Origin: an uncultured cyanobacterium
GTDB taxonomy: Bacteria > Cyanobacteriota > Cyanobacteriia > PCC-9006 > JAAUQQ01
DNA length: 64,000 bases
Assembly (NCBI GenBank): GCA_963718615.1
Contig: OY970368.1
Span: 416,001-480,000, forward strand
Reading direction: 5' to 3'
The notes under the pieces are model-generated. The model worked only from the letters and a program-made list of their open reading frames with translations. It was not told the origin of the DNA and did not search any database. Of the stretch, positions 30,567 to 40,576 are shown one piece after another (positions within the stretch are counted from its first letter, which is position 1; each line of letters starts with the position of its first letter). A program made the position numbers and the translations under genes.

Positions 30567-32447
30567 ATGGTTAAAAACGGTTCAACCCCCGCACTCAAAG
30601 TCATTCCGCTAGGTGGACTGCATGAGATTGGCAAAAACACCTGTGTTTTTGAGTACGGCGATGAAATCGTGCTGCTAGATGCTGGATTGGCCTTCCCAAC
30701 CGACGGGATGCATGGCGTCAATCTGGTTTTGCCCGACATGACCTATTTGCGGGAGAATCAGCACCGCATTAAGGGCATGATTGTGACCCATGGTCATGAA
30801 GACCATATTGGTGGGATCCCGTTCCACCTGAAGCAAATCGATATTCCGATTATTTACGGCCCTCGGTTGGCCATGGCTCTCCTGGCAGGCAAGCTGGAAG
30901 AGGCGGGCGTGGCCGATCGCACAGAACTGCGGACGGTGGGTCCCCGCGACACCATTCGTCTCGGCAAAAACTTCCTCGTGGAATTCATCCGCAATACCCA
31001 TTCCATGGCGGACAGCTTCACAGTTGCCATCCGTACGCCAGTTGGGGTTGCCATCCATACGGGGGATTTCAAGATTGACCATACGCCGGTCGATGGCGAA
31101 CATTTTGACCTGCAAAAGCTGGCAGAATACGGTGAGCAAGGCGTTCTTTGTCTCATCAGTGATTCAACCAATTCTGAGGTCCCTGGTTTTACGCCCTCCG
31201 AGCGGGCCGTATTTCCCAATCTGGATCGGGAGTTTTTCCGGGCAGAGGGTCGCATTCTCGTCACGACGTTTGCCTCCTCGGTTCATCGGGTCAATATGAT
31301 TCTGGAGCTCGCCGCCAAACACAAGCGCAAAGTGGCAGTTTTAGGACGCTCGATGCTCAATGTCATTGAGAAAGCCCGGAACCTGGGTTATGTCCGCTGC
31401 AAGGATGACCTGTTTGTGCCGCTTAAAACTATTCGCAATATGGAGGACAAGGATGTCCTGATCCTCACGACGGGATCCCAGGGCGAGCCCTTAGCGGCCA
31501 TGACCCGGATTGCCCGAGGCGAGCATCAGCAGATTCAAGTTCGGCAAGGGGATACGGTTATCTTTTCGGCCAACCCGATTCCTGGCAATACGATCTCTGT
31601 GGTCAATACCATCGATAGCCTGATGCAAAAGGGCGCGAAGGTCATCTATGGCAAAGACAAGGGGATTCACGTTTCAGGCCATGGCTGTCAAGAAGATCAA
31701 AAGCTCATGATCGCCCTGACCCGACCGAAGTTCTTCCTGCCCGTGCATGGTGAGCATCGGATGCTGGTGAAGCACTCGGAAACCGCTCAGAGTATGGGCA
31801 TTCCTGCGGAAAACATGGTCGTGATTGACAACGGCGATGTGGTTGAGCTCACCCCCAACTCGATTGGTGTGATTGGCCAGGTGCCTTCGGGGATTGAGCT
31901 GGTTGACGGTTCTCGCCAGGGTATGGTGGACGATCGCGCGCTCAAAGAGCGTCAGCAGTTGGCAGAAGACGGGATTGTGACGGCTGCGGCCCTGATCAAT
32001 CTCCAAGGCCAATTGGTTAGCGAACCCGAAGTCCAGCTACGGGGGGTGGTGACCAGTGCCGATCGCCAACGGGTCAAAGGCTGGGTCACCCGCGAGATCG
32101 AAATGGCCTTGCGGGATCATTGGTCCACGTTTAAGCAAGATCTGGAGAATGGTGCGGTTGAAGTGGACTGGGTGGGATTCCAATCCCAGGTAGAGCTCGG
32201 GATGCAGCGCCGACTGCGGCGAGAACTGCAAAGTAATCCCATGACGATCTTTGTCGTGCAGCCCACGGAGGCAGCGGGAATGCAGAGCACCCTTGTGCGA
32301 TCGAGCGATAGCCGGATTGGCAAGCCCATAGAAAAGTCTGCGAACAAGTCTGTTGAACAATCGATAGACCGAACTCCTATCCCAGCACCGAAAAAGACGG
32401 GACTACGGCGACGGCGGTCTTCTGCGACCAAGGTTGCTGCATCCTAG
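30567..32447 (+). CDS. rnj: Ribonuclease J
   Basis: GGLHEIGKN, THGHEDHIG, HVSGHG, PVHGE; ATG at 30567 follows AGGAG. Confidence 0.96.
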   Translation: MVKNGSTPALKVIPLGGLHEIGKNTCVFEYGDEIVLLDAGLAFPTDGMHGVNLVLPDMTYLRENQHRIKGMIVTHGHEDHIGGIPFHLKQIDIPIIYGPRLAMALLAGKLEEAGVADRTELRTVGPRDTIRLGKNFLVEFIRNTHSMADSFTVAIRTPVGVAIHTGDFKIDHTPVDGEHFDLQKLAEYGEQGVLCLISDSTNSEVPGFTPSERAVFPNLDREFFRAEGRILVTTFASSVHRVNMILELAAKHKRKVAVLGRSMLNVIEKARNLGYVRCKDDLFVPLKTIRNMEDKDVLILTTGSQGEPLAAMTRIARGEHQQIQVRQGDTVIFSANPIPGNTISVVNTIDSLMQKGAKVIYGKDKGIHVSGHGCQEDQKLMIALTRPKFFLPVHGEHRMLVKHSETAQSMGIPAENMVVIDNGDVVELTPNSIGVIGQVPSGIELVDGSRQGMVDDRALKERQQLAEDGIVTAAALINLQGQLVSEPEVQLRGVVTSADRQRVKGWVTREIEMALRDHWSTFKQDLENGAVEVDWVGFQSQVELGMQRRLRRELQSNPMTIFVVQPTEAAGMQSTLVRSSDSRIGKPIEKSANKSVEQSIDRTPIPAPKKTGLRRRRSSATKVAAS

Positions 32448-32471
32448 TTGTATCTCGCTAGACATAATTGA

Positions 32472-32518
32472 GAAACCCAGTCAACCAAGATTCCGGTCTA
32501 GTGTTGGTTGGGTTTTTT
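32472..32518 (+). terminator. Probable intrinsic terminator after rnj
   Basis: AAACCCA..CAACCA / TTGGTTGGGTTT imperfect stem followed by T run. Confidence 0.5.
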
Positions 32519-32520
32519 GA

Positions 32521-34713
32521 TTACAAAATCACTTGCCAGAACAAAGCGGTGAGTCCCAAAATCGTCGCCTGCTGGGGGAGGAGCGATCGCCAGCTCCGTC
32601 GTCCCAAGCGTTGTGTGAGCACGAGGCTCACTAGGGCTCCCAGGCAAAGAGTGCAACCTTGTAAAAATGTAACCACCGCTGGATGGGCAACCCAGCGCCA
32701 GGTTGTCACCGACGCCCCCAGGGAAGAGATGGATTGTAATGTGACCCCAGCAACCCCAATCACTTGCCCGCCTTCGGTCAGACCTAGGTCCAGATAATGG
32801 GCCAAGCTCGCTAGTAAGACCAAGGGTAAGTAGCCATAGGCCAGAGTGAGAAAGGGAATTTTGCAGACTTGGCGCTGGAGGATGGTTTGAACCAGCAGGG
32901 CGATCGCCCCCGGTACCGTCAAGGCGATAATCGATAGAGCTGCATGGAGTCCAAAATGATCCAACAGGCTGGGCTCCAACCCCGCCAATCCCATCAGCTC
33001 GGGCAAGCGATGGAGCAGTACGGCCCCCGCCAGCAAAAATAACAGAGCGATTTCAGAGAATGAAGGCTGATGCGTAGTCCAGAGCTCAATACCGGGAGGC
33101 CGAAGATTCAGTTCGACCGAACGATGGGGACAGGCCTTAAGACAGGTCATGCAGAGAACGCAGTTGCGGTTGTCCGTGAGCTGGGCGGGATGGGAATAGA
33201 CGGGGCAGCCGCCGGTCGCTTGGCCTTCTCCCTCCGCTGGCCCGCCCTTATAACAATGGTAGGTTTCGCAAGTGGCGGAGCAAATCCCCTGCTGGGCGCG
33301 CAGTTCAACCATGGAGAGCTTGGCAAATAGACCATTCATGCCACCAATGGGACAAAGATAGCGACACCAAAAGCGCCGCTCAAACAGCAAAGAACAAATG
33401 ATCGCGCCTGCCGTAATCAAAATCAGCAGCCAAGCGGACAGATAGGCCATATCTTCTAAATTCCAAAGTTCTTCCCAAAGCAAAATCAATGCAAACCCGG
33501 CCCACAACAGCCAGCCGCCCCAGCGATCGGCCCAGCGACGGGGCCAGGGGAGGAGCGATCGCGGCCAAAGCTTCAACGAGAGCCACTGCACCACCTCGCC
33601 ATAGATCATGAACGGACAAACCGCACACCATAATCGCCCCACAAAGGGGAAGCTCAGCAAAATCAGCGGCCACCACCAAGCCCAAAATAAGTTCAGCGCA
33701 AAGTTGGTGTCTCGCGTTTGGGGTCCCCAGAGCAAAAGGGCCACGGTCAGTGTATAAAATCCGAAGGTAAACCCGTAGTTGAGGCGATCGGGCCACCAAG
33801 GACCATTGAGAAAGTTCCGCAGGCTGGGGTAGGCATTGAGCAAATTCCAGCGAAAGCGTTTGGCTCGACTTTCCACAGACCAAAAGACATCGGCGGTCAA
33901 GATCGCAGCGTAATCGGCCTGGACCACCGCCCGTTCGACGAGGCTTTCTAACTCGGTCAAGTTGCCGGGAAAATCGTAACTTTGCAACCGTCGCAGGGCT
34001 TCGGGGGTGAGTCGGGGTTTGGCTTGGCCCGTTTTGCGACAAGCACCTTTGAGATAATAGTTGACTTGCAACTCAATGTCAGCCTTACGCACCCGCAGGG
34101 GCGGTACCTTGATCGACGTCGCACCTTGGGAAAAATCGCTCACCGCTCGTTCGGCAGTCATCAGGATCCACGCCGGACTCCATGGAGTCACAGTTGTAGG
34201 TAGAAGATTTTCATTGGGCGTCGCGTTTGGGGATGGGGTGGTATTCTTCTCGGGGCGATCGCTCCCCTCATACTCCCCCGTCTGGACCAAGCGCAAAAGA
34301 TTCGGTTTGAGAGCAGGGGAAATATCCTGTACATTGTTGAGCAACAAACTCCCGCTCCCCAAGGCCACCAGCAGCCCCGGTCGGTCCGATCGCCCCCACA
34401 ATGCTTCCACCTCCCAAGCCTTGGCACAGTCAATCTGAATCATCGGGGCTTGCCGCTGGGGCACCGAGGTATAGTGAATCAGTGCCGCGAGGTTGTCTTT
34501 GTTGAGGCCGGGTTCTCCAAAGATAAAGATGGGCGATCGCCGCTCCCGATTTTGTTCTAAAGCTTGGGCCTGCTGCTGACTGGCCTGGCGCACCTGCTGC
34601 CGCAACCGTTTGGCATAACGACTTTGACCAATGATCCCCCGCTGGATGCGCGGCACCAAAAACGGGCGTAGGGCCTGTTCATACTCCAGCTGAACTAACG
34701 CGCTTTCATCCAT
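32521..34713 (-). CDS. Degenerate sigma54-activator-type AAA domain fused to membrane 4Fe-4S (NapH/YccM-like) domain
   Basis: FGEPGLNK, YDFPGNLTEL; GRLWCAVCP, FWCRYLCP, CVLCMTCLKACP. Confidence 0.85.
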   Translation of the reverse strand: MDESALVQLEYEQALRPFLVPRIQRGIIGQSRYAKRLRQQVRQASQQQAQALEQNRERRSPIFIFGEPGLNKDNLAALIHYTSVPQRQAPMIQIDCAKAWEVEALWGRSDRPGLLVALGSGSLLLNNVQDISPALKPNLLRLVQTGEYEGSDRPEKNTTPSPNATPNENLLPTTVTPWSPAWILMTAERAVSDFSQGATSIKVPPLRVRKADIELQVNYYLKGACRKTGQAKPRLTPEALRRLQSYDFPGNLTELESLVERAVVQADYAAILTADVFWSVESRAKRFRWNLLNAYPSLRNFLNGPWWPDRLNYGFTFGFYTLTVALLLWGPQTRDTNFALNLFWAWWWPLILLSFPFVGRLWCAVCPFMIYGEVVQWLSLKLWPRSLLPWPRRWADRWGGWLLWAGFALILLWEELWNLEDMAYLSAWLLILITAGAIICSLLFERRFWCRYLCPIGGMNGLFAKLSMVELRAQQGICSATCETYHCYKGGPAEGEGQATGGCPVYSHPAQLTDNRNCVLCMTCLKACPHRSVELNLRPPGIELWTTHQPSFSEIALLFLLAGAVLLHRLPELMGLAGLEPSLLDHFGLHAALSIIALTVPGAIALLVQTILQRQVCKIPFLTLAYGYLPLVLLASLAHYLDLGLTEGGQVIGVAGVTLQSISSLGASVTTWRWVAHPAVVTFLQGCTLCLGALVSLVLTQRLGRRSWRSLLPQQATILGLTALFWQVIL

Positions 34714-34731
34714 AGGGCCATTTTCACCATT

Positions 34732-35925
34732 TCAAGACGCCAAGGACGAGCGCTCCTGTTGTGTCAACACCTTTCTGTAGCAGGACTCGGTTTGCTTGGC
34801 TAACTTCTTCCAGCTAAACCGTCGCTCTAGCTCACTATAGGCCCGTTGTACCAAACGCTGGGTATCCACCCGATTTTCCAAAACGTCCAAAATTCCTTCG
34901 GCGAGGGATTGTGCATTATTGCGCACCGTAACAATCCCCGTTTCTCGATGGCGGACCACCTCGGGTAGGCCACCGGCATCGGACACCACCACGGGAACCC
35001 GCGCGGCAAAGCTCTCGAGGGCGACAATGCCAAAAGGTTCATAGAGGCTGGGGAAGACCGCACAGTCGGCGATCGCCTGGAAGCAATCCAAATCTTCCTC
35101 TGACATAAAACCAGTAAATAAACAGCGCTCCCCAATCCCCAGCTCGGCGGCCTGTTGCTTGAGTTGTTCGGTGTTGCCGCCCCCAATAATGACAACCTTT
35201 GCCTTGCCCTGGAGCTGCGCCAAAATCATCGGTGCTGCATTCAGCAAAACGCCAATTCCCTTTTCATAGGTAATGCGGCCTACGTAGTAAACAATTTTCT
35301 CATCATCGTTGGCAAAGCGCCGTCGAAACTGTTGGACCTCAAAGTCTGGCTCTAGCCGTTTCTTCTCAGGACGAATCCCATTCGCCACAATGTCAATTAA
35401 ATGGTTGGAATAGTGATGGCATTGACTCACCTCCCGCACCATATACTGCGTACAAACGATCACCCGCCAAGAGCGATGGATCAAGGCCCGTTCCTTGTAG
35501 TCGACATAGCGCTGAGTATCGTTGTGTAAGCCGCTATTGCGGCCCTGTTCGGTTGCGTGGATGGTGCTGAGCAGCGGCAGGCCAAAATGGTGCTGTAGGG
35601 CGATCGCCCCATCCCCCACCAGCCAGTCATGGGCATGAATGAGATCAAAGGGTCCCTGTTGTAACAGAAGTTCTCCCCCCACATGGCCCATGCTTTGATT
35701 CATGTTGCCAATCCAGTGGAAGAAGTCATGGCCCCCGTCGACAGGTACCCGATAGACATGAATGCCTTCTACCACCTCATAGCTGGGCATGGGGGGAGAG
35801 GCTACAGTGATTAAGTGGATTTCATGGCCTAGGGCAACGAGTTCTGGATAGAGCTCTGCAACATGACGAGCAATGCCTCCCACGATTCGCGGGGGGAACT
35901 CCCAAGCCAGAACCAGAATTTTCAT
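34732..35925 (-). CDS. Glycosyltransferase family 4
   Basis: WEFPPRIVGG, HAHDW, FPSLYEPFGIVALE. Confidence 0.93.
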   Translation of the reverse strand: MKILVLAWEFPPRIVGGIARHVAELYPELVALGHEIHLITVASPPMPSYEVVEGIHVYRVPVDGGHDFFHWIGNMNQSMGHVGGELLLQQGPFDLIHAHDWLVGDGAIALQHHFGLPLLSTIHATEQGRNSGLHNDTQRYVDYKERALIHRSWRVIVCTQYMVREVSQCHHYSNHLIDIVANGIRPEKKRLEPDFEVQQFRRRFANDDEKIVYYVGRITYEKGIGVLLNAAPMILAQLQGKAKVVIIGGGNTEQLKQQAAELGIGERCLFTGFMSEEDLDCFQAIADCAVFPSLYEPFGIVALESFAARVPVVVSDAGGLPEVVRHRETGIVTVRNNAQSLAEGILDVLENRVDTQRLVQRAYSELERRFSWKKLAKQTESCYRKVLTQQERSSLAS

Positions 35926-36142
35926 GAGCCGTTTCTTCCTCTGCGTACACCCATTGGGACCAGACCAATGACGCCACACGCGACGTCAAACTAATGGGCC
36001 AATTTTTCCCCAAAAAGACGATTATCGAGCGGGATTCACAGAATGTTCCCATTGACTCGGTCAGGGTTCTTTCAGCTTACTCCCGGAATCGTTAATTGAT
36101 TATTAATTTTCAAGGGTTACCGTTCAAGTGTTGATGACTAGT

Positions 36143-37762
36143 CTAGGGGGTCATCTCGCCCAAAGCCTGACTCCGAAAGGGATCCCAGTATGCTAGGGCC
36201 TCGGGATTGGATGGTGCCTGATGCTGAAGCAGGAGCACACCATCAGCCCAGGCCGTGAGTCCATAGCTGCCATCGCCCAGAGCTTGGTCAATGAGCTGAA
36301 TCGAGCGGGTAAGATCGCCGCGATCGCCCTGAAAAGCAGGGGCATACCGACGAAACCGCCACAAGTCGACAGCGGCATAGTCCACATTGACAATGGCTTG
36401 GGCGTCATTGCGTACCTGGAGGGACATGGGAAAACGTACCAATTCCCGACGGTTGGAGAGGTGGGGGACCAGATAGGTCGTTGCGGAGACGCTGGCCTCG
36501 GGTGGAATTTGCCGGAGAATCTGCTGGGCTTGGGCGGCATGCCGCCACTGCTCTGGCAGCGACACATAAACGGTCGGGTTGATCGCATCGGGAATTAAAA
36601 ACGACAGGGTTTGGTTGGGATTGGAGGTCAGGGTGAAGAACAGCGAGAGTCCAATGCAAACGGCCCAAAATCGACGCATCCGCAGGGATTTGAACCGATC
36701 GGGTCGCTGTGCCCACCAGAGAATGACGCCATAGGCCAAACCGGGAACAATCGCCATGGCATAGCGAATGTTGATGGCTAGAACCGACTCGCCCTTGGCA
36801 ATTAACAGCTTGAGCAGCGGAAACCCCGCAACGAGCCAGGAGGCCGGGGCGATCGCCGGGATAAATCCAAAGGGCAGCCACTGCCCCAGCAAATAGCGCG
36901 TCGTCTTGCCGACCGGCGTCACGAGCTCTTTGAGCAGGAGGAAGGGATTCATGACCATGCCCCGAAGAATATCCAGCGTCGACGCCTCATCGCCGGTGGC
37001 ATATTGGCCAAACCGCTCCAACATAAATCGCTTGGAGACATCCGCTGAAAACTGAGGCATGCCCCAATTGGTCAGGATCAGCATGTAGGACAGGGCATAG
37101 CCACATAGCCCTAGCCCCAGCCAAGGATGGCGGCGACTGACGAGCAAATAGAAGCCAATGCTAAACAGAACGATCCCCGAATCTTCTCGCACCCAAGGAA
37201 TCAAAATCGCCATGGGGACATACAGCCACCACCAACGTTTTTCTAACCCCAGGAGCAGCGAAAAAACAAATAGTGGGATCTGGCAAATGTCGTGAAAATT
37301 GCCAATGGTGGGGCCAATGATAGCGTTGGCTCCGTAAAAACTGGTGGCGATCGCCGCTGCCGGTCCCGGCTCCAGATAACAGCGAGCCAGCCGGTAGAGC
37401 ACTAGCCCCGCTGCAGTTACCAAAGCCACCTGCAAGACCGACAGCGTCACCGGGGAGGGAAATAGACTATAGAGCGGTAGCCACAGCATCAGTGCCGGGG
37501 TAAAATGCTGCCCGAGCCGATGGTAGGCCACATCGGGAACTTCCCCCGCGTGGACCACATTGGTTGACAACTGCGACGAGAGCGAGCTTTGGAAAAAACG
37601 ACCGTGGCTGCTGTTCCAAAAAACCTGGTTAAAAATGCCCTGATCGTAGGATGCAGAAAAACCGTAATAGCGATGGACGGTCAACAGCAATGTGATGAGA
37701 AGGAAGGCGATCGCAACCCCCTTCAGCCAACGCATCGGGTGTGCTCGCAGCAGATCCACCAT
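36143..37762 (-). CDS. DUF2079-family membrane protein (GT-C-like)
   Basis: YDQGIFNQVFWN, LGQHFTP, FHD, REDSG, multiple TM helices. Confidence 0.75.
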   Translation of the reverse strand: MVDLLRAHPMRWLKGVAIAFLLITLLLTVHRYYGFSASYDQGIFNQVFWNSSHGRFFQSSLSSQLSTNVVHAGEVPDVAYHRLGQHFTPALMLWLPLYSLFPSPVTLSVLQVALVTAAGLVLYRLARCYLEPGPAAAIATSFYGANAIIGPTIGNFHDICQIPLFVFSLLLGLEKRWWWLYVPMAILIPWVREDSGIVLFSIGFYLLVSRRHPWLGLGLCGYALSYMLILTNWGMPQFSADVSKRFMLERFGQYATGDEASTLDILRGMVMNPFLLLKELVTPVGKTTRYLLGQWLPFGFIPAIAPASWLVAGFPLLKLLIAKGESVLAINIRYAMAIVPGLAYGVILWWAQRPDRFKSLRMRRFWAVCIGLSLFFTLTSNPNQTLSFLIPDAINPTVYVSLPEQWRHAAQAQQILRQIPPEASVSATTYLVPHLSNRRELVRFPMSLQVRNDAQAIVNVDYAAVDLWRFRRYAPAFQGDRGDLTRSIQLIDQALGDGSYGLTAWADGVLLLQHQAPSNPEALAYWDPFRSQALGEMTP

Positions 37763-37963
37763 AAGGCCAAGCTTCAGAATTGATAAAACACTGATCAAAC
37801 TACCGTAAAAACTCTCCCACAAATCATTGCTCCTACACCAATGGTTGCCAAGCTCCTGAGTCAATACTGCTTACACTCGTCCCAAAAACCCTTAAGATTT
37901 TCTTTATAAGCCGTTCGCTCCCAGGGACGATTGGGTCTCTACCGGAGAAACGATGGGGATAAT

Positions 37964-39121
37964 ATGGATATGAAGGAGGCCGTTCTAAACGAGACGCGAG
38001 ACCGGAGTCCCTTACGGCTCATGCTGTTTGTCACGCATCGTGCCAAGGCCGATCCCCTCGCGAACGAGATTCGTCAGGCCCTTCTGGCTTTGGCCAAAGA
38101 AGAATGCTTTCACTTGGAAGTTATCCAGATTTCTGATCAGCCGTTTCTGGTGGAGTATTTTAGGCTAGTGGCGGTGCCTGCCTTAGTCAAAACCTATCCT
38201 GAACCAGTGCAGGTTTTTACGGGCAGTCATTTGATTCAGCAGTTGTCCTATTGGTGGCCTCGCTGGCAGTTGAATTGGCAAGATACAACTCCGACCTCGT
38301 TAATTTCTGCTGAGCTCGCCCTGCCCCCAGCGCTGCTACCGCCGGGAATTTCGGCCCGTGTTTTGCAGCTTTCGGATGAGGTTTTTCGGCTCAAGCAAGA
38401 AAACGAAGCCCTGCAATCCCGGCTGCGGTTTCGCGATCGCATCATTGCTATGTTGGCCCATGACTTGCGATCGCCCCTGACCACTGCCGCCCTGGCTATG
38501 GAAACCATAGAAGCGGGGTTTAACCAAGCCGATCGCCGTCTCCCAGAAGCTACCGTGAGCCAACTGCTACGGCAATCGCGCAGTCAGCTTCGTAAGCTAG
38601 ATGACATGCTCAATGAGATGCTGCAAGCAGCCTGTGGCGAAGAAGAAGAATTTTTTATTCAGCCCCAACAGCTCGACCTCCAGCAGCTTTGCCACGAAGT
38701 GGTTTCTCAGCTTACGAAGCAAATTGCGGCCCGATCCCAAACCCTGATTCTCGATATTCCTACGGATTTACCGCTGGTTTGTGCCGATCCGCAACGGATT
38801 CGTCAAGTGCTGCTCAATTTGTTTGACAATGCCATTAAGTACACCCCCCAAGGTGGAGAGCTGAGCCTAGCCTGTTTGCACCGCACCAGCCAAAAAGTGC
38901 AAGTCAGCCTCTGCGACACCGGTCCTGGGATTCCGGAGGAAGCGGAGACCATTATTTTTGATGACACCTTCCGCCTTCCTCGGGATTATAAAACCGATGG
39001 ATATGGCATTGGTCTCTCCGTCTGTCGCCGCATTATCCGAGCCCACTACGGGCAAATCTGGGTGAGTCCACGCCAACCCCAGGGTAGTTGCTTTCATTTT
39101 ACGGTGCCGGTGCTGGTCTGA
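37964..39121 (+). CDS. sasA: Circadian adaptive-response sensory kinase SasA
   Basis: KaiB-like N-terminus QPFLVEYFRLVAVPALVK..P, MLAHDLRSPLT, GYGIGLSVC. Confidence 0.9.
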   Translation: MDMKEAVLNETRDRSPLRLMLFVTHRAKADPLANEIRQALLALAKEECFHLEVIQISDQPFLVEYFRLVAVPALVKTYPEPVQVFTGSHLIQQLSYWWPRWQLNWQDTTPTSLISAELALPPALLPPGISARVLQLSDEVFRLKQENEALQSRLRFRDRIIAMLAHDLRSPLTTAALAMETIEAGFNQADRRLPEATVSQLLRQSRSQLRKLDDMLNEMLQAACGEEEEFFIQPQQLDLQQLCHEVVSQLTKQIAARSQTLILDIPTDLPLVCADPQRIRQVLLNLFDNAIKYTPQGGELSLACLHRTSQKVQVSLCDTGPGIPEEAETIIFDDTFRLPRDYKTDGYGIGLSVCRRIIRAHYGQIWVSPRQPQGSCFHFTVPVLV

Positions 39122-39754
39122 TTTTGGGTAGCAAAAGTGACAGTTTATAGGGCAAACTAGGGAATTGTGATCGCGATCGCCCTAGGTCATCTCTGAAAGT
39201 TTCTACGTGCCTTCTGTTTGCAAGTATCTTTTTTGGGGTATGCTTACGTATAAGCGCCGCAATTAGGCTTGAGTTCTAGGGCGATCGCAGCCCTAAGCGG
39301 CTATTTTGCAGAAAAAACCGTGGTTATACGGAGCAGTTGAGGTTCTGTACTGCGCTTCAAAAAAACCTTAGCAAAGCGAGATCTGCGCGTTTACCGAATG
39401 TGGGAAGCAGAAGCTTTTCGCAGATTTCGATTTTTCTCCGAGCTCTCTCGGAAACCCCAGTATTTCTCGGGATACTCATTCCCTGAAACCTACGGAAATC
39501 GGGTGTTTTACCCGAATATTACGGAGTTTTGAGTTCCGTGGTTTGGCGGATTGAGACCCCCGGCGGGAGTGATAGTTTAGGCTTACGGGATGATTCTCTG
39601 GGTCCCCGTTAGATTCTTTGTTCCTTTTGTGTTCCCATTGATGGGCGATCGCAGCATTAATCTGGATGCTAACTGGCTTATAGGGTGCGATCGTCTCCGG
39701 TTTTAGTCTGTGAATTTGTATCTCCAACAGTTCTCTTCGTTCGGTTTTGATCTT

Positions 39755-40033
39755 ATGTCTTACGAATCGCTCCGGCAGCAAGACGACGTCGAAAGCATCG
39801 GTGTTTATGAGTGCGAAGTTAGCCTCAAATTTCGCATGATTGAAGAGAAGAGTGTGTTTCAAGATCGTGAGCAACTCTTGGAAGTTCTCCTTGAAGCCTT
39901 TGGCTATGGCTCGGACGAATATTTAGAATCCCTGCATGTCCATGCCCAAGCGCGACCCTTGGCAGATACCGATGCTTCTCCTCAGCTTCGGCGTCAGCTT
40001 ATTCGTCTCCGCAATTCCCGTGAGTTTCAGTAG
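39755..40033 (+). CDS. Npun_R1517-family small regulator
   Basis: GVYECEVSLKFRMIEEK...ASPQLRRQLIRLRN. Confidence 0.75.
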   Translation: MSYESLRQQDDVESIGVYECEVSLKFRMIEEKSVFQDREQLLEVLLEAFGYGSDEYLESLHVHAQARPLADTDASPQLRRQLIRLRNSREFQ

Positions 40034-40088
40034 GGGCAAGGCTTTAGGGGGTATTGCAGGCATTCTAGAAAAAAATAAATGTCAGGGA

Positions 40089-40118
40089 TTGACAATTGCA
40101 CCCCCTCCTTTTTATATT
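40089..40118 (+). promoter_or_regulatory. Sigma70-type promoter of tRNA-Glu
   Basis: TTGACA (40089) - 18 nt - TATATT (40113). Confidence 0.65.
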
Positions 40119-40139
40119 AAGAACAGTCAAGCAAGTCCG

Positions 40140-40212
40140 GCCCCCATCGTCTAGAGGCCTAGGACACCTCCCTTTCACGGAGGCGACGGGGATTCGAATT
40201 CCCCTGGGGGTA
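40140..40212 (+). tRNA. trnE: tRNA-Glu(TTC)
   Basis: GCCCCCATCGTCTAGAGGCCTAGGACACCTCCCTTTCACGGAGG...GGGGATTCGAATTCCCCTGGGGGTA cloverleaf; no encoded CCA. Confidence 0.97.
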
Positions 40213-40223
40213 TTTGCAAGGCT

Positions 40224-40265
40224 AAACCCTGTAAGCGTTTCAGCGTTTGCAGGGTATTTGTTTTT
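40224..40265 (+). terminator. Terminator after tRNA-Glu
   Basis: ACCCTGTAAGCG / CGTTTGCAGGGT stem with T-rich tail. Confidence 0.7.
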
Positions 40266-40576
40266 GGAATTTTTCTACCCTGTTTGCTGCGCTTCAATCG
40301 TCCAGATTCACGACAACTTGATTCTATAGAAAGAGTCTTGGGCGAAATAGTTTTATTTTGAGGAAAACAGGCTCGAAAATTGCCAGATCTTAATTAATTT
40401 GCATTTAGGTCTTTGATCTTTTCCAGGGACTTGGGCATACTGTTGGCACAGGAAGTCAGTAGCCCCATGGTCGGGGGCTGCAAGGCCCGGATACCCATGA
40501 ACAAGTATGGGTTGACCACTTGCTGACCACTTGCGGAGCAGGGTGCCCCATTAGGCTCCAGGCAAGGAAATGGTTT

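Noticed and set aside
40140-40212. tRNA-Glu as an island integration site
   Set aside because: No duplicated tRNA 3' end or integrase seen; flanks are core-like.
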